Source of the DNA: an uncultured bacterium
Lineage (GTDB): Bacteria > Babelota > Babeliae > Babelales > Babelaceae
DNA length: 64,000 nt
Assembly: GCA_963848965.1 (NCBI GenBank)
Contig: CAWKFG010000004.1
Span: 512,001 to 576,000, forward strand
Direction: 5' to 3'
Part shown: positions 62,001 through 64,000 of the stretch, in pieces
How positions within the stretch are numbered: the first letter of the stretch is position 1
How the letters are laid out: every line of letters begins with the position of its first letter
Notes under the pieces: model-generated
What the model was told of the DNA's origin: nothing
The model's database searches: none
The model's input: only the letters and a program-made list of their open reading frames with translations
Made by a program: the position numbers and the translations under genes

Positions 62001-63794
62001 TAAAGGAACTTTGCTTACATCATTCTTCATAATATAATCATGCAAAAGAACAAACTTTCGTTGCCGCTCATTATTTTCTTTTGTCCTCTTTTCCTTAAGA
62101 AGAGCACGATACTCTTGTGCCGCTTGCTCTATTACCTCTCTTACTGAAGGAAGTATTTTTGAGTTCTGATGTACATAATGATCAATGCTCTGAGCATACT
62201 GCGTTTGAAAACAAGGATTCGCTCCTTTTTGAAGAAGTACTTGCACAAGTTCAAGATTATTATTATCTGCAGCAAAAAAGAGAGCTGTTCTTCCTACGTT
62301 ATCTTGCTCATCTATTTCATGTGATACTACAAGCTGTTTTACCTGTGCTGTATTATTGCTATACGCTGCATATAAAAATTCGCTTGCTGCATAGTCTTTC
62401 ATCCAAGTATTTTTACGCTCAATAACACGCTCTATACATTTTAAAAGAGTCTGATCTGCATTCTTTTTAGCAAGAGAAAGCGTCGATTCACCTCTGTTAT
62501 TCTTCAAAGTATAACCTGCATGAGCATTTAACAGAAGCTCGACAAGAGGTATTTTATTGTGAAATGCAGCATGAATAAGAGCACTGTCTCCTGCCTTATC
62601 TTGAGCGTCTATTTCCGCTCCATATTTTATAAGTAATTCTACTATAGCCTTATAGAACAGAGTTCCTTTAGGATCTACCTGAGTCACTGCATGCATAAGT
62701 GCAGTTCTTCCAAAAGCATCTTTTGCATTAAGTTCAACATGCCATTGAAGAAGTAAGCTTACTATATCAACATGTTTATTTATAACAGCAAGCATTAAGG
62801 GAGTTATTCCTTCATTATTCTGAGCATTTAAAGTTTCAGGACTTATAAGTCCTAAAACACAGTAAAAGTCTCCTGATTGTACTGCATAATGAAGCACTGT
62901 ATTACGTTTGTCATCACACGCTGTCTTTGAAGCACCATATTCAAGTAAAGTATTTACCAAACACCAGTCTCCAGCCTTTGCACACATCATAAGAGGAGTA
63001 ATGCCTCTTTCATTTGCTATAGTAGGATCTGCCCCTTTTTCTAGAAGCTCTATCACTTTTGATACATACCCTTCCTCTACAGCCTGTATAAGCTCTGGCT
63101 TTCTTTCTACTTTCTTTACCGTATTCAAGCCTTTTGCTTGCTGTACAGCAAATGATTCAAGGTTTGCCAAGGGATAGTCTTTGTGTTGTATTTCTGGATA
63201 TACCGTAAGTATATGCATACTCTCTTTGACACCAGGACATCCAAGCACAAAAAGTCGCAGTGGCGTTATCAATCTACTTACAGGCAAAGGAATCATCTTA
63301 ACACGATATACCTTATAGCTCTCACTTGTACGTTCCTTACGTTCTTTTACCTGCAATTCGCTTTCTTGGTGCATTCCCTTAATATAGTGAGCTATATCAT
63401 GGATGTTCCAATTACACGGAAAAAAAGTTTTTGGCGCTTTACAGACTTTTCCTCGATAGATAACATAGCCTGTATGAAATGAATAGATATCTCCTAATGC
63501 AACGATCCACAGTCCTGGCGTTAATTTGCATAACGTAGCACCGTTTCCAAGATCTATCTTTTCTGCAGTAGTACCATACCAGTGGAATCCTTTAACACAT
63601 ATCTCTTTGGTCAAAGGATCAGTGAGTATCTGATAATTGCAAATATGGGCAAGCACTTTCTGTAACGAGATAGTATACGGAACACTTTCTAACTTAAGAG
63701 TAACACTCATGCTATCTTCAGGAGCTTTTTCCATAGCACTTACAGAAGAAATGCAGAGAAAAAGACTCAAGACGAGCGTCAATAATTTCTTCAT
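59004..63794 (-). CDS. Giant secreted EndoU-like + ankyrin protein (copy A)
   Basis: Signal ending VSA-MEK; LAHI, KGFHWY, APKTFFPCNWNIHDIAHYI, ILTVYP; >20 ankyrin repeats. Confidence 0.85.
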   Translation of the reverse strand: MKKLLTLVLSLFLCISSVSAMEKAPEDSMSVTLKLESVPYTISLQKVLAHICNYQILTDPLTKEICVKGFHWYGTTAEKIDLGNGATLCKLTPGLWIVALGDIYSFHTGYVIYRGKVCKAPKTFFPCNWNIHDIAHYIKGMHQESELQVKERKERTSESYKVYRVKMIPLPVSRLITPLRLFVLGCPGVKESMHILTVYPEIQHKDYPLANLESFAVQQAKGLNTVKKVERKPELIQAVEEGYVSKVIELLEKGADPTIANERGITPLMMCAKAGDWCLVNTLLEYGASKTACDDKRNTVLHYAVQSGDFYCVLGLISPETLNAQNNEGITPLMLAVINKHVDIVSLLLQWHVELNAKDAFGRTALMHAVTQVDPKGTLFYKAIVELLIKYGAEIDAQDKAGDSALIHAAFHNKIPLVELLLNAHAGYTLKNNRGESTLSLAKKNADQTLLKCIERVIERKNTWMKDYAASEFLYAAYSNNTAQVKQLVVSHEIDEQDNVGRTALFFAADNNNLELVQVLLQKGANPCFQTQYAQSIDHYVHQNSKILPSVREVIEQAAQEYRALLKEKRTKENNERQRKFVLLHDYIMKNDVSKVPLEIISQFNNQAMSKDGCTPLLYAVRERKYNAVSQLLALGASTQAEDSNNRDALCIALDNEDSEMVSLLIASGKVRGSSIEHNFTAVLTHKKYARARLLAQKALYTVYSFIRKAITKHEVSTVELIFQEHIIELTPEQAGQLLFEAIQSLDESIVKIMLKYCAFGIDYAYERGETPLMRAVKLERYSIVELLSNAGANIHLKDKDGASALDHAKYNAHLCNLLETPEKRKKEEALRVQHLQTKELVQKKLEEEGCTPLMIAVHFGEKEAVQRSNDDVNACDKSKQTALMIAACQGASDMVRMLLAKQGVKVNQADVISNTALMYAVKYKHYEIAQALIAAGAVVCFVNKAGESIMQLLEMQEVPPFVKESAKRKLRQELSIYLSLGAKMSVPAEIATYFDRFKFHLRKLHDDDKIYLINQVVGLGRADMLKMLLNVMPYPQKKQEKALLDPLEYAVQCNDSAIVITLLNYYTCIPAKIVLSALEAGKLALAQLLLNTGTVEMGGNEESVSIFSALCEHDKEGVVLPRFITGYIKDVNHNYSGVHLLGVACRVGNKKAGKLLLQAGASIDQADSEGWTALQDAANKGNLEIVSLLLKRGANVNAQDEEKCTALMHAAEEGYADVVAALIKAGAHVNTSDVKGLTALYSAIVNNHSAIVYQLVQAGVPVDGKIADGHTALLIAAEQGNLEAVKLLLHLGANPNQTCDHAHTALLLAALSGHKEIVKVLFEAGASLDAHYKEGISELHIFDEKYLQSRRIFRELLLSEAIKVDVTKKDVINFFCLACAVGEAEIVHYLIKKGIDVNAQGSPGMIPLRCACDRGHAQIVQLLLAAGARTNILDEAGLTPLAKACSIGRADIVKLLLEASADVNAQVRLKTYSSQMPAYIFMNPTSQAVCVILEADTPLIIACYNNHKEIVQLLLSTRRVNLSLKNKEGSTVFDIVRPGKYNGGMALTFNTGTGNMTYAQRYKKHQLRDMDARALEIKKLVLEYAKQTSAEQPPH

Positions 63795-63961
63795 ACTTAT
63801 TCCAATAGAAAATTTGTTAACTTTACATTTATAATTTAGAGTAAGTATATAGTATTATTTAATTATTTATTTGTCAAATAGATAGGCGTGGGGTTGATAG
63901 TAAAATAGGTAAGAAGCCAGACTTTCTTTCTAGCATAAGAGAAGGGGCATACGCCCCCTCC

Positions 63962-64000
63962 TTATTTCTGAGGTATTACTACAGTTTCTAATTTTTTCCG
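63962..64000 (-). CDS. Possible 3' end of a gene entering from the right edge
   Basis: RKKLETVVIPQK* followed by a GGGGC-GTAT-GCCCC hairpin. Confidence 0.35.
   Translation of the reverse strand, partial: RKKLETVVIPQK

Overview
AT-rich bacterial chromosome segment whose gene content suggests an intracellular symbiont/parasite of protists, most like Candidatus Dependentiae/Babeliae (inference from many secreted ankyrin proteins, DUF2608 and a Cys-rich OMP family). The left ~12 kb is an accessory region running out from the 3' end of a tRNA-Lys/tRNA-Glu pair. It holds an IS605-type TnpB element, a MazF-type TA pair, several pseudogenes, an AlbA_2/HATPase gene, and three copies of a covarying two-hairpin element, two of which precede small GIY-YIG nuclease genes; the copy still beside tRNA-Glu carries an 8-nt complement of the tRNA acceptor strand. 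The middle is housekeeping genes (mgtE, rluD, tamB, gspE/pilB, bamD, proS, yraN, cdsA, hisS, namZ, secA, pgeF) mixed with secreted ankyrin proteins. The right 15 kb is a tandem triplet of ~1600-aa secreted proteins, each with an N-terminal EndoU-like RNase motif set (H...GFH...K[T/A]FFPxxW...T[L/V][F/Y]P) fused to a very long ankyrin array. The two best candidates for undescribed systems are this EndoU-ankyrin effector array and the tRNA-end GIY-YIG hairpin element. All family assignments are from motifs read by eye; no searches were run.
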